Assembly: GCF_040938485.1 (NCBI RefSeq) | Contig: NW_027271335.1 | Location: 620,001-684,000 of the forward strand | Source: Diadema antillarum | Taxonomy: Eukaryota | Length of the DNA stretch: 64,000 nucleotides | Direction: 5' to 3' | Shown: positions 43,014 through 55,669 of the stretch, piece after piece | How the letters are laid out: each line of letters begins with the position of its first letter | Numbering within the stretch: the first letter of the stretch is position 1 | Notes under the pieces: generated by a model | The model's database searches: none | The model's input: the letters and a program-made list of their open reading frames with translations, nothing else | What the model was told of the DNA's origin: nothing | Program-made: the position numbers and the translations under genes

Positions 43014-46000
43014 TGTAACCCCACCAAAATTTGGGTTACTAAGATTTCTCCAGAAATGTCGTCAGACTAGATTCCTACTTCCTTGGAAGACCCATGGTCA
43101 CTGTTATCACCACCCCCTCCATTCATCCCTCCTCTGACGTCCGTACCCCACCTGTTTTCCAACAACCCCTCGACCAGTGTACTAGTAACCCCCAAGATTA
43201 GTCTTAAGATTTCCCCTTCAGCCTTTGACCCCAATAGCCAATGTCCAATTGTAAGCCTGTGTGTATTGAGACTGGTCAAGCCCTGTGAAACGCCCCTGCT
43301 GGTGTTAGACTATGTAGGTGTAATAAAACTCAAGGATGGAGCAAGCTAGCCAGTCTAGGGATATTGTTTTAAGCACCCCTCCCTTTTGTTGGTGTGTAGG
43401 CACATCAAGAGAAACGAAAGGACCATGTCTCAGAAGAGGAAGGTCATTCTTGCTAGGACAAAGTAGTAGTTGCTTTGGGATTTAGGGACAGTGTCCTACC
43501 ATGGGCAAAGCCTATACAGAGTGGACTGGTTCTAACTGTAGACCAACATTTTCTGTGACAATGACGTAGAGTGCACGTCTAGCCCAAATTCTGTCCCCTC
43601 CTATTCCTTTCTTCTCACATACCCCCCCCCCCCTAATTTCCAATGAACTGTTTAGGCTAGCTTTGCGTGTGCCTTAAAGTAGAGTAACTCCATACATTAC
43701 TAGATTTACTTTGCTCGTGTTACCTTTTATATTACAGATACTGTTGTGCTACTATGATCAATGGCTGAAAGGATATGACTTTTTGCAAGATTATTATTTG
43801 ATATGTCATGTGTTCAGAACAAAGTGTGATCCACGCACTTCAGCATAAGAGATATGTATGTGCAGTGGTTATGTTTAATACATCATTTATGCAAATGAGA
43901 TATAATTATGTCTCTATATTCTAATTGAGTGCTTTTATGACTTATGCTATACGATTTGTCTAGTATGTTAACTAGATCGGTGTTTGCATGAGTATAAACA
44001 ATGTGTTATATAGCTATGCTGGTTAGGCAGCAGCTCTAGTGACCAAGGTCACAGGAGTGCAACTTTAAAGCCCTGTAGGCAGAATGCTCGAGAGTGACTG
44101 GAAAGCCTGTCGTTACTGCCCTTGGTCAATGTTAAGACTTTGTCTGGCCAAGTGGATGGTCAGTACGTCAGTAATGTTCCTGGAAGTCAAGGGGAATGAG
44201 TGACCTCTAGCCAATGAGGCAGACTTTGAATGATGTCATAGAAACATGAACCAATGAAATTTCTGCTGGTCAGTTAACTTCCTGGAAGTTTCTGATTTTC
44301 TCGAGAAAGTTTGTAATATTAACATTTTACAGAGAGACAGAAAATTATAAAAGCCCATAGCTTTGGAGCAAATAGGCATATCTGCTTCCTGCCAGCGCTT
44401 TGAGGCCTGCACCCACTTTGCTTGTTACATCGACTGTGTGATCCAGAAAGTTTTTTCACACATTTATCTGCTGAGAGGTTACCACAAAACACTGGTAGAC
44501 CCCCACAAGCATCAGCTGTATTGTTATATACAATTTTTATGTGCCTGTGATACAACTGGTTGTGGCACGTACATCCACTGACTGCCGTGTGGAGCAACTT
44601 GTAGTGAAAACGAGTGTTGGCTCTTTTGACTAGGTAAGTCATTGTATTTCTCATGTTATGTATTGCATTGGAGAGTGTTTGTAATTATGAACCCCAATCC
44701 ATAGACATGGAGGTTGCTTGTTAAGAAGAAGACTCTGATATCATGTATATAAATTCCGAAGTTATCATATGTTATGCCAAAAGTATTGATGATTGATGAT
44801 TGTTGCTTGTATATTATTTGAAGATATATTGCAATGCACTTCAAGGTATTTGCGCTTCGAATGTTTTATGAATGGACATGATTAGGCATACACTCAAGTT
44901 CATTATTAGACAGATGAAATTGGGAAACTGACTTGGCATTAGAAGTCAGATTTTAATTTGATTACATACATATTGAAATGCCCGGTAGACCCTCACACTC
45001 AGAGAAAGTGAGGCTATGCTCGTAAACATTGAGGTCTACAATGTGCAGCACCCCCCCCCCCCTCGTCTGAACTGACAGATTTATGTCCACTGACCGTTCC
45101 CTGTGAGTGACAGAGGTCACTGCACTATTGAATTGTGGAATGTTTAACTCTAGAGGGGGAGGACTAGCCACTAGATGTGAAGAACCTTGCAAAGAACTAA
45201 ATGTGAGGAATAGTTGTGCCATTGTGAATATAAAAAGGTTATACATTCATGCTCTTTAGAATGTATACATGTTAACTGTACATGCGTGGTAAGGTGTACA
45301 ACTGCTCAGTGTAATTATTGTGTGCGTGGAGCATTATTTCCACTCAAACTATAATATTTGAATCGGAGTCACAATATTTGTCGACCCCAGATGAAGCAAC
45401 TATACTGCCAGTCGATCAGATAGATCAAAGCTTTATTTGTGGCAGCAGTGTTGGATATAATTCAGGATGCTGAAAATGTTTAACTGAAGAGAAGTTATTC
45501 TGACCGTATTTAGCACCTGTATGTCAAAATGAATTGACAAACATTTGAATGTATGTGACTGGAATTTGTATCTGTATTGTCTAATGCGCTCATATATGTT
45601 TATGAGGCATGTATATGTAGAGACAATGTATCAGATCAGATTTTGGAGTGGACTTCCATACTCCTGAAGAAATATTATTGATTAGAAAGACACTATATTA
45701 GGAAAGTCCTGTGTCTTATAAATTCTTTTGACTAGATACATATTTGGACGAGAGCTTTGGCCAGCCTTTGCTTGGTTCAGCGTGACTGACGGCTACTGAG
45801 CATTGCATCAGCTACCGTGTACGACTGGTTTGCGACTACTCTGGGCTCGTCGACAGGATAACCGGCGAGAGAGACAAAGAGACAGCAACGAGTCGAAATA
45901 TCGTCATACACTGGCAAATATTTAATTATGCTAATGTAACAAAGGTTACATTTGAGTCTGTGAACATATTGAATTGAATGATGTACTTTGTTGAACGACA

Positions 46001-46101
46001 AACAAGTTAATAAAGTTTGTCATTGGATTATTTTGTCAAAACTGAATCCCAGGTGTGATATTCTTTATTTATGAACTCGGGAGTGTAACATTCGGGTTAC
46101 A
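43014..46101 (+). repeat. LTR 3 (3088 bp), shared
   Basis: TGTAACCC...GGGTTACA. Confidence 0.95.
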
Positions 46102-46106
46102 TAAAT

Positions 46107-46124
46107 TGGGGGCTTGTCCGGGAA
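46107..46124 (+). other. tRNA-Pro PBS, copy 3
   Basis: Identical to copy 1. Confidence 0.88.
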
Positions 46125-46278
46125 CTATAATTGTTTCTTAATTGTATAATTGCATTTGTTTGGTGACACATGTTACCGAAACTGAGTCTTGGTTATCATT
46201 GTTGATTGTTACTGTTACATTCACCATTTTCGTTCTATTGTACCAAAGAGCCAACACTCGTGTGCAGGAAACAAAGCG

Positions 46279-47712
46279 ATGGCAGGTAAAAGTTTGAAGC
46301 AGATTGGTCAGGATTGGTGCAAGAAGGAGGAGATTAGAGTAGAGAATGCCCTCCTACTTGCAACAGGTATAAAGACTGTGCCAACAGAGGTGTTTGCACT
46401 GGCACTGTCAGAGTTATATCCCACATTACTTGAGGTGTTAAGACGGGATGATCCCGATACAGGGGAAACATTGCTCCTGTGTGAATTCGAAGATGCAGTT
46501 GCTATGTTAGGATTACAGGCACAGATTGTCATTCCAGTAGATGGGGAGACTATGTGCAGAGTAGTGAGGTTAGACGGTTTAGGACCAGTCAGAGGAAATA
46601 GGGTCAGTGTCAAGGACCTGAGGGAGAGAGGTTTAGTTAGGGAATGGAGAAAAGCAGGACGTAGAGCTCAGGAAGTCCAGTCTCAAGACATCCCTACTAC
46701 TAACAACCTTCCACCCCCTTCCCCTGGTATCAGTGAACCATCCATGTCCTTCCCTGATCGAGACATCCCAATTTTAGCAGCTTCACTAGCACGGTGTGGG
46801 CTGACCACAGGGTATCGGAAACTGCGATGCTTCTCTGGTGCAAAGACAGCAGCGCGTGATGAGGATAGCTACCCCATCTGGATAGAGCACGTTGAGAGCC
46901 AGATGGAGGAGTGGCAGACTCTGGATGATGCTGAGCGGCGCAAGCGCATTCGTGAGTCATTGCGTCCGCCTGCGTCAAGCATCATTACAGACCTTAGGCG
47001 TGAGAATCCCCAGGCCTGCTCTGCAGACTACCTCAGGGCTCTGGATCTGGCTTTTGGCGATACTGACACAGATGATGAACTGTTTGTCAGATTTCATCAG
47101 ACAGTCCAGGCTGAAGGTGAGTCTCCCTCTGAGTATCTTTCTCGCTTACAGGAAGTCATGCGCCATGTGGTTAGGCGGGGAGTTGTCAAGCCACATGACG
47201 CCAACAAGGTGAGACTGCGACAATTCATCAGGGGCATCCTCTACCATGAAATGCTCCTAGTAAACCTACAGCTCAGGGAGCGCCTGGAGAAACCACCATC
47301 CTTCCTGGAACTCCTGTCTTCAGTGAGGAAGCAGGAAGAAGAGGAAAGGGTGAAGAAATCTCTGTCTGCCTCGAGACCCCCCGTTAGCCCAAAACCAAAG
47401 CAGGCTGCCCACCGTAAGGTAGAGCCCTCTATTCTGCCACCCCACGCAGCCCCTCAACCCCATGTCCTTCCCCAACCAGCACCTCCACCAGCACCCCAAC
47501 CCACCAATAATCCCCCCAAATCTCAGTCGTCCCAGCAGAGTAATACTGGTGTTGTTTGCTTCAAGTGTGGAGAGGAGGGCCATATCAGTAGAAATTGCCA
47601 AAATTCTGTTCCCCCTGACGTACTGAGTAAAAGACTTGTCAACTACATCCTTGGCAACCAGGGAAACGAGAAAGGGCGCCTGGGAAGGGGAAACCAGGGG
47701 CCCCAAAAATAG
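46279..47712 (+). CDS. PNMA-like Gag, copy 3
   Basis: Same translation as copy 1. Confidence 0.92.
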   Translation: MAGKSLKQIGQDWCKKEEIRVENALLLATGIKTVPTEVFALALSELYPTLLEVLRRDDPDTGETLLLCEFEDAVAMLGLQAQIVIPVDGETMCRVVRLDGLGPVRGNRVSVKDLRERGLVREWRKAGRRAQEVQSQDIPTTNNLPPPSPGISEPSMSFPDRDIPILAASLARCGLTTGYRKLRCFSGAKTAARDEDSYPIWIEHVESQMEEWQTLDDAERRKRIRESLRPPASSIITDLRRENPQACSADYLRALDLAFGDTDTDDELFVRFHQTVQAEGESPSEYLSRLQEVMRHVVRRGVVKPHDANKVRLRQFIRGILYHEMLLVNLQLRERLEKPPSFLELLSSVRKQEEEERVKKSLSASRPPVSPKPKQAAHRKVEPSILPPHAAPQPHVLPQPAPPPAPQPTNNPPKSQSSQQSNTGVVCFKCGEEGHISRNCQNSVPPDVLSKRLVNYILGNQGNEKGRLGRGNQGPQK

Positions 47713-50700
47713 ATTCTCCCCCACTTGTTTCTAAAGTTGAGGTTTCCAAGAACGATGTTCCTGAAGGTTTAGTAGGAGATGCTATCAACCCAAAATGTTG
47801 GATAGATGGAAAGGAGACAAAATGCCTTCTTGATAGTGGGTCTCAGGTCACTCTTATACACAAGAGCCTTTTCGACACACTAGATAGGGAATTGCATGGA
47901 CTGAGTGACCTAGTCCTGTACCATGGAGGAGATGGGACTATGCCCTATCTGGGTTGGGCTTACGTCAACATAGGTTTTGAACGGTCATTTGCTGGCACAG
48001 GGACTGAGTTTAGTACATTGGCTCTTGTAGTACCAGACCCCCAGCGTCCCTGTGACCATAGAGTGATTATTGGCACTAATTCAGGACTTTTCAGGCACTG
48101 TTTTGAATCTTGTAGGAGGATGGCTGGAGCACGCTTTGCCCAGTCATTGCAGATAAGTGCTACCTGCAGGGATATCTACGCCAGCATATCGAAACAAGAG
48201 AAGGTGTCCCCTGATGGCAAATTGGGCACTGCTAGGACCAAGAAAGGACATAGCACGCAAATACCTCCCCACTCCAAATTGGTAATGACCGCCCAAATTA
48301 GGAATCCCCTGAAAGAAGAAATGACTGTTTTCGTAGAGTCCAATCCCCACAGCAGACTTCCAAGTGGGTTACACATAGCCCCAGGAGTACAAAAATTGTC
48401 AGGTGGTGCGATTGGAAAGGTAAGGGTGCTGGTGACCAATAGTAGCCCTGAGTCTATCACTGTCCCTGGCAACTGCCCAATAGTAGATGCCTATGTCCCC
48501 GACAAGTGTTTCCCTACCCCTAGTAGTTTTCCTACCCAGCCTCACAGTTACACCGAGGCAACCCATTCCCAAGTAGGTGCTAATGTAGGCGATAACACCC
48601 CTTCCCCTCAAGTTGACGTTAGTGAGCTGCCCATCAATTGGGGCCCGATTTCCCCGGAGTGGAAAGAAAGGCTGCTCAATCAGTGCAGGCAGAAGAGTGA
48701 TGTGTTCTCCAGGCATGAATTTGACCTAGGCAGTACAGGCTATGCGGAGCATCAGATTCGTGTTAACGATGACACACCATTCCGTGAGAGGTCTCGGAGG
48801 GTGCCTCCCTCTGATCTTAGGGACTTGCAGCAACATCTTCAACAGCTGTTGGAGAACAACATAATTAAGGAGTCTAAGAGTCCCTATGCCTCTCCAATTG
48901 TGCTGGTTCGGAAAAAGAATGGTACTTTGAGAATGTGCGTCGACTACCGTACACTCAATTCTCGTACCATTCCCGACCAGTACACAGTGCCCCTGATACA
49001 GGAGGCCATTGATTCCCTGAGTGGCAGTAAATGGTTTTCTGTTATCGACTTAAAGTCGGGATTCTATCAAATCCCGATGCGTGAATCTGACAAGGAGAAG
49101 ACGGCCTTCACTTGTCCTTTGGGGTTTTACCAGTTCGAGCGTATGCCCCAAGGGGTGAAGGGAGCACCAGCAACCTTCCAGAGGCTGATGGAGAAGTGCA
49201 TGTCAGGTCTGAACATGTTAGAGGTGTTGGTGTACATGGATGACCTGATAATCTTCTCCAAAACGCTGGAGGAAATGGAGGAGCGCCTGGCTAGGGTACT
49301 GGATAGGTTGCAGCAATTTGGCTTGAAGGTGTCCCCAGAAAAATGCCAATTTTGCTGTCAGTCGGTTAGGTACCTTGGTCATGTAGTCTCCGAGGCTGGG
49401 GTACAGACAGACCCAGACAAAGTGGCCGATGTAAGAACCTGGCCCAGGCCACAGACAGTGAGGCATGTCAAGTCTTTCTTAGGATTTGCTGGCTATTACC
49501 GGCGATTCATAAAGGACTATGCCAAGATTTCCCGTCCTTTGAACGCACTTACAAGTGGGTGCGTTTACCCCAGGAAGCGAGGACGTCCACCTCCAAAGAA
49601 AGATCCGAGCCCGGATGCACGAAAGGCAAGTGACCCCCTTGGTGATGCTTGGACTGAGGAGTGTGAGAATGCTTTTCAGGCTTTGAAGCATTGTCTGGTC
49701 ACAGCCCCAGTCTTAGCCTTCGCAGACCTGTCAAAGCCCTTTGTGCTCCATGTTGATGCCAGCCGTGATGGACTGGGTGGTGTCCTGTATCAAGATCATG
49801 GAGGTAAGCTTCGTCCAGTGGCATATGGAAGTCGGGGACTGTCCCACAGTGAGAAGAACTATCCAGCCCACAAGCTGGAATTTCTTGCTCTAAAGTGGGC
49901 AGTTACCGACAAGTTCAGGGATTATCTGTATGCAGCAAAAGGTGCGCGGGTTATGACTGATAATAACCCACTAACATATGTCCTGACATCGGCAAAACTC
50001 GATGCCACAGGACATAGATGGCTTGCTGCACTTTCCTGCTTTGATTTTTCCATCCATTATAAGCCAGGAAAGACGAACATTGAAGCAGATGTACTGTCAC
50101 GGAAACCACATCCTCCCGGCCTCGACAAGGAGTTTGAGGCTCGCCAGCAGTGCAAGATTAGTGATCTGGAGGCAAGGCTGCATGAGACGTCAGACTCAGG
50201 TGAGAAAGTGTCCACACTCTCTGCCTTCTGTCAGACGCATTATGTTTCAGCCAACTCTCCTCATAGAAGCCAGCCATACGTTGAGACCCTGTGTGCCAGT
50301 GCAGAGTCTATCCCAGGTCTGTATGCGAAGGGCTCAGACCTGAATGTAGTAGACTGGGCACAGGCTCAAAAGGCAGATCCGCAACTGAAACTAGTCAGGG
50401 ATTATGTTGAACGTGGGGAGAGGCCACAGTCTTATACCGGCCTTTCAAGAGAGGCTGCCCTGATACTCCGCGAGTTCGACAGGCTAGTTCTGTGCAAAGG
50501 AGTCCTCTACAGAACTTTCACTGACTCCTTAGGGAACCGCCATCACCAGTTAGTATTGCCTGCCCAGCGCCGTGTCGAGGCAATGAGGGGCATACACGAC
50601 AGTGTTGGCCACCTTGGAATCGAGAAGTCCATAGCGTTGGCTAGAGACAGGTTCTACTGGCCAAAGATGAGTGCTGACATTACGGAGTGGGTCAAGCATT

Positions 50701-51215
50701 GCCCTCGTTGTATAGCAAGAAAGACTCCTCCAAAGCCAGCAGCCCCATTGGTGAGTATTCACACAACCAGCCCCCTGGAGCTGGTTTGCATGGACTTTCT
50801 CTCCCTAGAACCAGACCGCTCGAATAAGAAGTCTATCTTGGTAGTGACGGATCACTACACACGATACGCACAAGCCTTCCCAACGAAGGATCAGACTGCT
50901 GCCACTGTCGCCAAGGTCCTGTGGGAGAACTTCTTTGTACATTATGGTCTGCCCCAACGCCTTCATTCTGATCAAGGTAGGGACTTTGAGAGTAAAGTGA
51001 TCCATGAGCTGTCAAGGCTCCTTGGCATTAAGAAATCAAGGACAACTCCTTACCATCCCCAGGGAGACCCTCAGCCTGAGCGTTTCAACAGAACGCTACT
51101 GGACATGCTAGGGACCCTGGAGGAGGAGAAGAAGGCAAATTGGAGCAAGTACGTAAGTGCACTTGTACACGCTTACAATTGTTCAAGGAATGACAGTACT
51201 GGTTTCTCACCTTAG
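47661..51215 (+). CDS. Pol, copy 3 (frameshift signal to in-frame TAG)
   Basis: As copy 2 (CRQKSD, RPVAYG). Confidence 0.95.
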   Translation, partial: GKRERAPGKGKPGAPKIDSPPLVSKVEVSKNDVPEGLVGDAINPKCWIDGKETKCLLDSGSQVTLIHKSLFDTLDRELHGLSDLVLYHGGDGTMPYLGWAYVNIGFERSFAGTGTEFSTLALVVPDPQRPCDHRVIIGTNSGLFRHCFESCRRMAGARFAQSLQISATCRDIYASISKQEKVSPDGKLGTARTKKGHSTQIPPHSKLVMTAQIRNPLKEEMTVFVESNPHSRLPSGLHIAPGVQKLSGGAIGKVRVLVTNSSPESITVPGNCPIVDAYVPDKCFPTPSSFPTQPHSYTEATHSQVGANVGDNTPSPQVDVSELPINWGPISPEWKERLLNQCRQKSDVFSRHEFDLGSTGYAEHQIRVNDDTPFRERSRRVPPSDLRDLQQHLQQLLENNIIKESKSPYASPIVLVRKKNGTLRMCVDYRTLNSRTIPDQYTVPLIQEAIDSLSGSKWFSVIDLKSGFYQIPMRESDKEKTAFTCPLGFYQFERMPQGVKGAPATFQRLMEKCMSGLNMLEVLVYMDDLIIFSKTLEEMEERLARVLDRLQQFGLKVSPEKCQFCCQSVRYLGHVVSEAGVQTDPDKVADVRTWPRPQTVRHVKSFLGFAGYYRRFIKDYAKISRPLNALTSGCVYPRKRGRPPPKKDPSPDARKASDPLGDAWTEECENAFQALKHCLVTAPVLAFADLSKPFVLHVDASRDGLGGVLYQDHGGKLRPVAYGSRGLSHSEKNYPAHKLEFLALKWAVTDKFRDYLYAAKGARVMTDNNPLTYVLTSAKLDATGHRWLAALSCFDFSIHYKPGKTNIEADVLSRKPHPPGLDKEFEARQQCKISDLEARLHETSDSGEKVSTLSAFCQTHYVSANSPHRSQPYVETLCASAESIPGLYAKGSDLNVVDWAQAQKADPQLKLVRDYVERGERPQSYTGLSREAALILREFDRLVLCKGVLYRTFTDSLGNRHHQLVLPAQRRVEAMRGIHDSVGHLGIEKSIALARDRFYWPKMSADITEWVKHCPRCIARKTPPKPAAPLVSIHTTSPLELVCMDFLSLEPDRSNKKSILVVTDHYTRYAQAFPTKDQTAATVAKVLWENFFVHYGLPQRLHSDQGRDFESKVIHELSRLLGIKKSRTTPYHPQGDPQPERFNRTLLDMLGTLEEEKKANWSKYVSALVHAYNCSRNDSTGFSP

Positions 51216-51779
51216 TTCCTCATGTTCGGTAGGGAAGCTAGACTGCCTGTTGATCTGCGATTTGGCACAAGCCCTGACAATTTCACTGGGACTGACCACG
51301 TGAAGTACGTCAGTGGTTTGCGCGATCAACTTACGCGGGCGTATAAACTTGCGTCAGCTGCATCCAACAAGTCTGCCAGTGCCAACAAGGTCCGCTATGA
51401 TGCGAAAGTGCGAGCCAATGGCCTGAAACCTGGCGATCGCGTCCTTGTCAGGAACGTTGGACTGACTGGTAAGCAGAAATTAGCTGATAGATGGTATGCG
51501 AACCCTTATGTCATCACAAAGCGACTCAACCCTGATATGCCGGTTTACGAAGTTGCACCTGAAGACGGGATTGGTAGGACACGCACCCTACACCGCAACC
51601 TTCTCCTACCCATAGAGTACTTGAATGAGGCCCCAGCCCATAACTCAGAGACCCAGAGACCAGGTAAGAAAAGGAATCCAGCTGATCGGACCCGTTCCAA
51701 AAGGTCCATTGCCCCTCCGAGTGAGGAAGAGTCTGATAGTTCAGACTCAAGTGATGAGGGGTGTACGCAAGCACATTAA
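51216..51779 (+). pseudogene. Integrase C-terminal region beyond the TAG, copy 3
   Basis: Same as copy 1. Confidence 0.88.
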
Positions 51780-52362
51780 CCGCCCACATTCAGTACTTAA
51801 CGTAAATGCGCCAGAGTTTGTCCCCTCCCAACCTCCCAGTATTCCCTCTGAGACTACCAGCGAGACCCCTGAACAGGTCAACACAGCTGATGTAGTGAGT
51901 GACACAGGTGTTTCCGGCGGTTCCGTTTTATCCCCTGACCCCACTACTGAGGAGACATCAACCGACTCAGACTTAGAGAACCAGGCTGGCAGTGACATCA
52001 GCATAGATGCCACAAGTGCATCCAGTGGTTCTGGTAGAGCAACACCGGATGATGCAGTACCCGATTTGAGAGGGGAGAGCATGGAGGAAGAGAGTAGACA
52101 CACTAGCCCTTTACCCCCAGACGCAGAGTCCAGAGGTAACGCCCCTCATACTCTAGCAGAGCCCGAGGTTGAGCAAGCGCAAAATGCAAAGCAAGCAATC
52201 GATTCAGAGCCTGCCCCGCAATCCATCAGGCGCTCAACTCGCTCTTCAAGGCCGCCGCTACGCATGCAGTACGATACCCTTGGTGAACCCTCTGGTGCTA
52301 GGCAAGCAACTTCATCAGGATTTTTTGCTGACCTTAAGCGTAAGATCTTTGGCTTTGATTAA
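51625..52362 (+). CDS. PAM2-containing Pol tail ORF, copy 3
   Basis: Same as copy 1. Confidence 0.65.
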   Translation: MRPQPITQRPRDQVRKGIQLIGPVPKGPLPLRVRKSLIVQTQVMRGVRKHINRPHSVLNVNAPEFVPSQPPSIPSETTSETPEQVNTADVVSDTGVSGGSVLSPDPTTEETSTDSDLENQAGSDISIDATSASSGSGRATPDDAVPDLRGESMEEESRHTSPLPPDAESRGNAPHTLAEPEVEQAQNAKQAIDSEPAPQSIRRSTRSSRPPLRMQYDTLGEPSGARQATSSGFFADLKRKIFGFD

Positions 52363-52392
52363 TCAAAGGTTCACAGGAGTGAACCCTGGTTT

Positions 52393-52404
52393 GAAAGGGG
52401 AGGA
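52393..52404 (+). other. Polypurine tract, copy 3
   Basis: GAAAGGGGAGGA before LTR 4. Confidence 0.9.
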
Positions 52405-55400
52405 TGTAACCCCACCAAAATTTGGGTTACTAAGATTTCTCCAGAAATGTCGTCAGACTAGATTCCTACTTCCTTGGAAGACCCATGGTCACTGTTATCA
52501 CCACCCCCTCCATTCATCCCTCCTCTGACGTCCGTACCCCACCTGTTTTCCAACAACCCCTCGACCAGTGTACTAGTAACCCCCAAGATTAGTCTTAAGA
52601 TTTCCCCTTCAGCCTTTGACCCCAATAGCCAATGTCCAATTGTAAGCCTGTGTGTATTGAGACTGGTCAAGCCCTGTGAAACGCCCCTGCTGGTGTTAGA
52701 CTATGTAGGTGTAATAAAACTCAAGGATGGAGCAAGCTAGCCAGTCTAGGGATATTGTTTTAAGCACCCCTCCCTTTTGTTGGTGTGTAGGCACATCAAG
52801 AGAAACGAAAGGACCATGTCTCAGAAGAGGAAGGTCATTCTTGCTAGGACAAAGTAGTAGTTGCTTTGGGATTTAGGGACAGTGTCCTACCATGGGCAAA
52901 GCCTATACAGAGTGGACTGGTTCTAACTGTAGACCAACATTTTCTGTGACAATGACGTAGAGTGCACGTCTAGCCCAAATTCTGTCCCCTCCTATTCCTT
53001 TCTTCTCACATACCCCCCCCCCCCTAATTTCCAATGAACTGTTTAGGCTAGCTTTGCGTGTGCCTTAAAGTAGAGTAACTCCATACATTACTAGATTTAC
53101 TTTGCTCGTGTTACCTTTTATATTACAGATACTGTTGTGCTACTATGATCAATGGCTGAAAGGATATGACTTTTTGCAAGATTATTATTTGATATGTCAT
53201 GTGTTCAGAACAAAGTGTGATCCACGCACTTCAGCATAAGAGATATGTATGTGCAGTGGTTATGTTTAATACATCATTTATGCAAATGAGATATAATTAT
53301 GTCTCTATATTCTAATTGAGTGCTTTTATGACTTATGCTATACGATTTGTCTAGTATGTTAACTAGATCGGTGTTTGCATGAGTATAAACAATGTGTTAT
53401 ATAGCTATGCTGGTTAGGCAGCAGCTCTAGTGACCAAGGTCACAGGAGTGCAACTTTAAAGCCCTGTAGGCAGAATGCTCGAGAGTGACTGGAAAGCCTG
53501 TCGTTACTGCCCTTGGTCAATGTTAAGACTTTGTCTGGCCAAGTGGATGGTCAGTACGTCAGTAATGTTCCTGGAAGTCAAGGGGAATGAGTGACCTCTA
53601 GCCAATGAGGCAGACTTTGAATGATGTCATAGAAACATGAACCAATGAAATTTCTGCTGGTCAGTTAACTTCCTGGAAGTTTCTGATTTTCTCGAGAAAG
53701 TTTGTAATATTAACATTTTACAGAGAGACAGAAAATTATAAAAGCCCATAGCTTTGGAGCAAATAGGCATATCTGCTTCCTGCCAGCGCTTTGAGGCCTG
53801 CACCCACTTTGCTTGTTACATCGACTGTGTGATCCAGAAAGTTTTTTCACACATTTATCTGCTGAGAGGTTACCACAAAACACTGGTAGACCCCCACAAG
53901 CATCAGCTGTATTGTTATATACAATTTTTATGTGCCTGTGATACAACTGGTTGTGGCACGTACATCCACTGACTGCCGTGTGGAGCAACTTGTAGTGAAA
54001 ACGAGTGTTGGCTCTTTTGACTAGGTAAGTCATTGTATTTCTCATGTTATGTATTGCATTGGAGAGTGTTTGTAATTATGAACCCCAATCCATAGACATG
54101 GAGGTTGCTTGTTAAGAAGAAGACTCTGATATCATGTATATAAATTCCGAAGTTATCATATGTTATGCCAAAAGTATTGATGATTGATGATTGTTGCTTG
54201 TATATTATTTGAAGATATATTGCAATGCACTTCAAGGTATTTGCGCTTCGAATGTTTTATGAATGGACATGATTAGGCATACACTCAAGTTCATTATTAG
54301 ACAGATGAAATTGGGAAACTGACTTGGCATTAGAAGTCAGATTTTAATTTGATTACATACATATTGAAATGCCCGGTAGACCCTCACACTCAGAGAAAGT
54401 GAGGCTATGCTCGTAAACATTGAGGTCTACAATGTGCAGCACCCCCCCCCCCCTCGTCTGAACTGACAGATTTATGTCCACTGACCGTTCCCTGTGAGTG
54501 ACAGAGGTCACTGCACTATTGAATTGTGGAATGTTTAACTCTAGAGGGGGAGGACTAGCCACTAGATGTGAAGAACCTTGCAAAGAACTAAATGTGAGGA
54601 ATAGTTGTGCCATTGTGAATATAAAAAGGTTATACATTCATGCTCTTTAGAATGTATACATGTTAACTGTACATGCGTGGTAAGGTGTACAACTGCTCAG
54701 TGTAATTATTGTGTGCGTGGAGCATTATTTCCACTCAAACTATAATATTTGAATCGGAGTCACAATATTTGTCGACCCCAGATGAAGCAACTATACTGCC
54801 AGTCGATCAGATAGATCAAAGCTTTATTTGTGGCAGCAGTGTTGGATATAATTCAGGATGCTGAAAATGTTTAACTGAAGAGAAGTTATTCTGACCGTAT
54901 TTAGCACCTGTATGTCAAAATGAATTGACAAACATTTGAATGTATGTGACTGGAATTTGTATCTGTATTGTCTAATGCGCTCATATATGTTTATGAGGCA
55001 TGTATATGTAGAGACAATGTATCAGATCAGATTTTGGAGTGGACTTCCATACTCCTGAAGAAATATTATTGATTAGAAAGACACTATATTAGGAAAGTCC
55101 TGTGTCTTATAAATTCTTTTGACTAGATACATATTTGGACGAGAGCTTTGGCCAGCCTTTGCTTGGTTCAGCGTGACTGACGGCTACTGAGCATTGCATC
55201 AGCTACCGTGTACGACTGGTTTGCGACTACTCTGGGCTCGTCGACAGGATAACCGGCGAGAGAGACAAAGAGACAGCAACGAGTCGAAATATCGTCATAC
55301 ACTGGCAAATATTTAATTATGCTAATGTAACAAAGGTTACATTTGAGTCTGTGAACATATTGAATTGAATGATGTACTTTGTTGAACGACAAACAAGTTA

Positions 55401-55492
55401 ATAAAGTTTGTCATTGGATTATTTTGTCAAAACTGAATCCCAGGTGTGATATTCTTTATTTATGAACTCGGGAGTGTAACATTCGGGTTACA
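52405..55492 (+). repeat. LTR 4 (3088 bp), shared
   Basis: TGTAACCC...GGGTTACA. Confidence 0.95.
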
Positions 55493-55497
55493 TAAAT

Positions 55498-55515
55498 TGG
55501 GGGCTTGTCCGGGAA
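55498..55515 (+). other. tRNA-Pro PBS, copy 4
   Basis: Identical to copy 1. Confidence 0.88.
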
Positions 55516-55669
55516 CTATAATTGTTTCTTAATTGTATAATTGCATTTGTTTGGTGACACATGTTACCGAAACTGAGTCTTGGTTATCATTGTTGATTGT
55601 TACTGTTACATTCACCATTTTCGTTCTATTGTACCAAAGAGCCAACACTCGTGTGCAGGAAACAAAGCG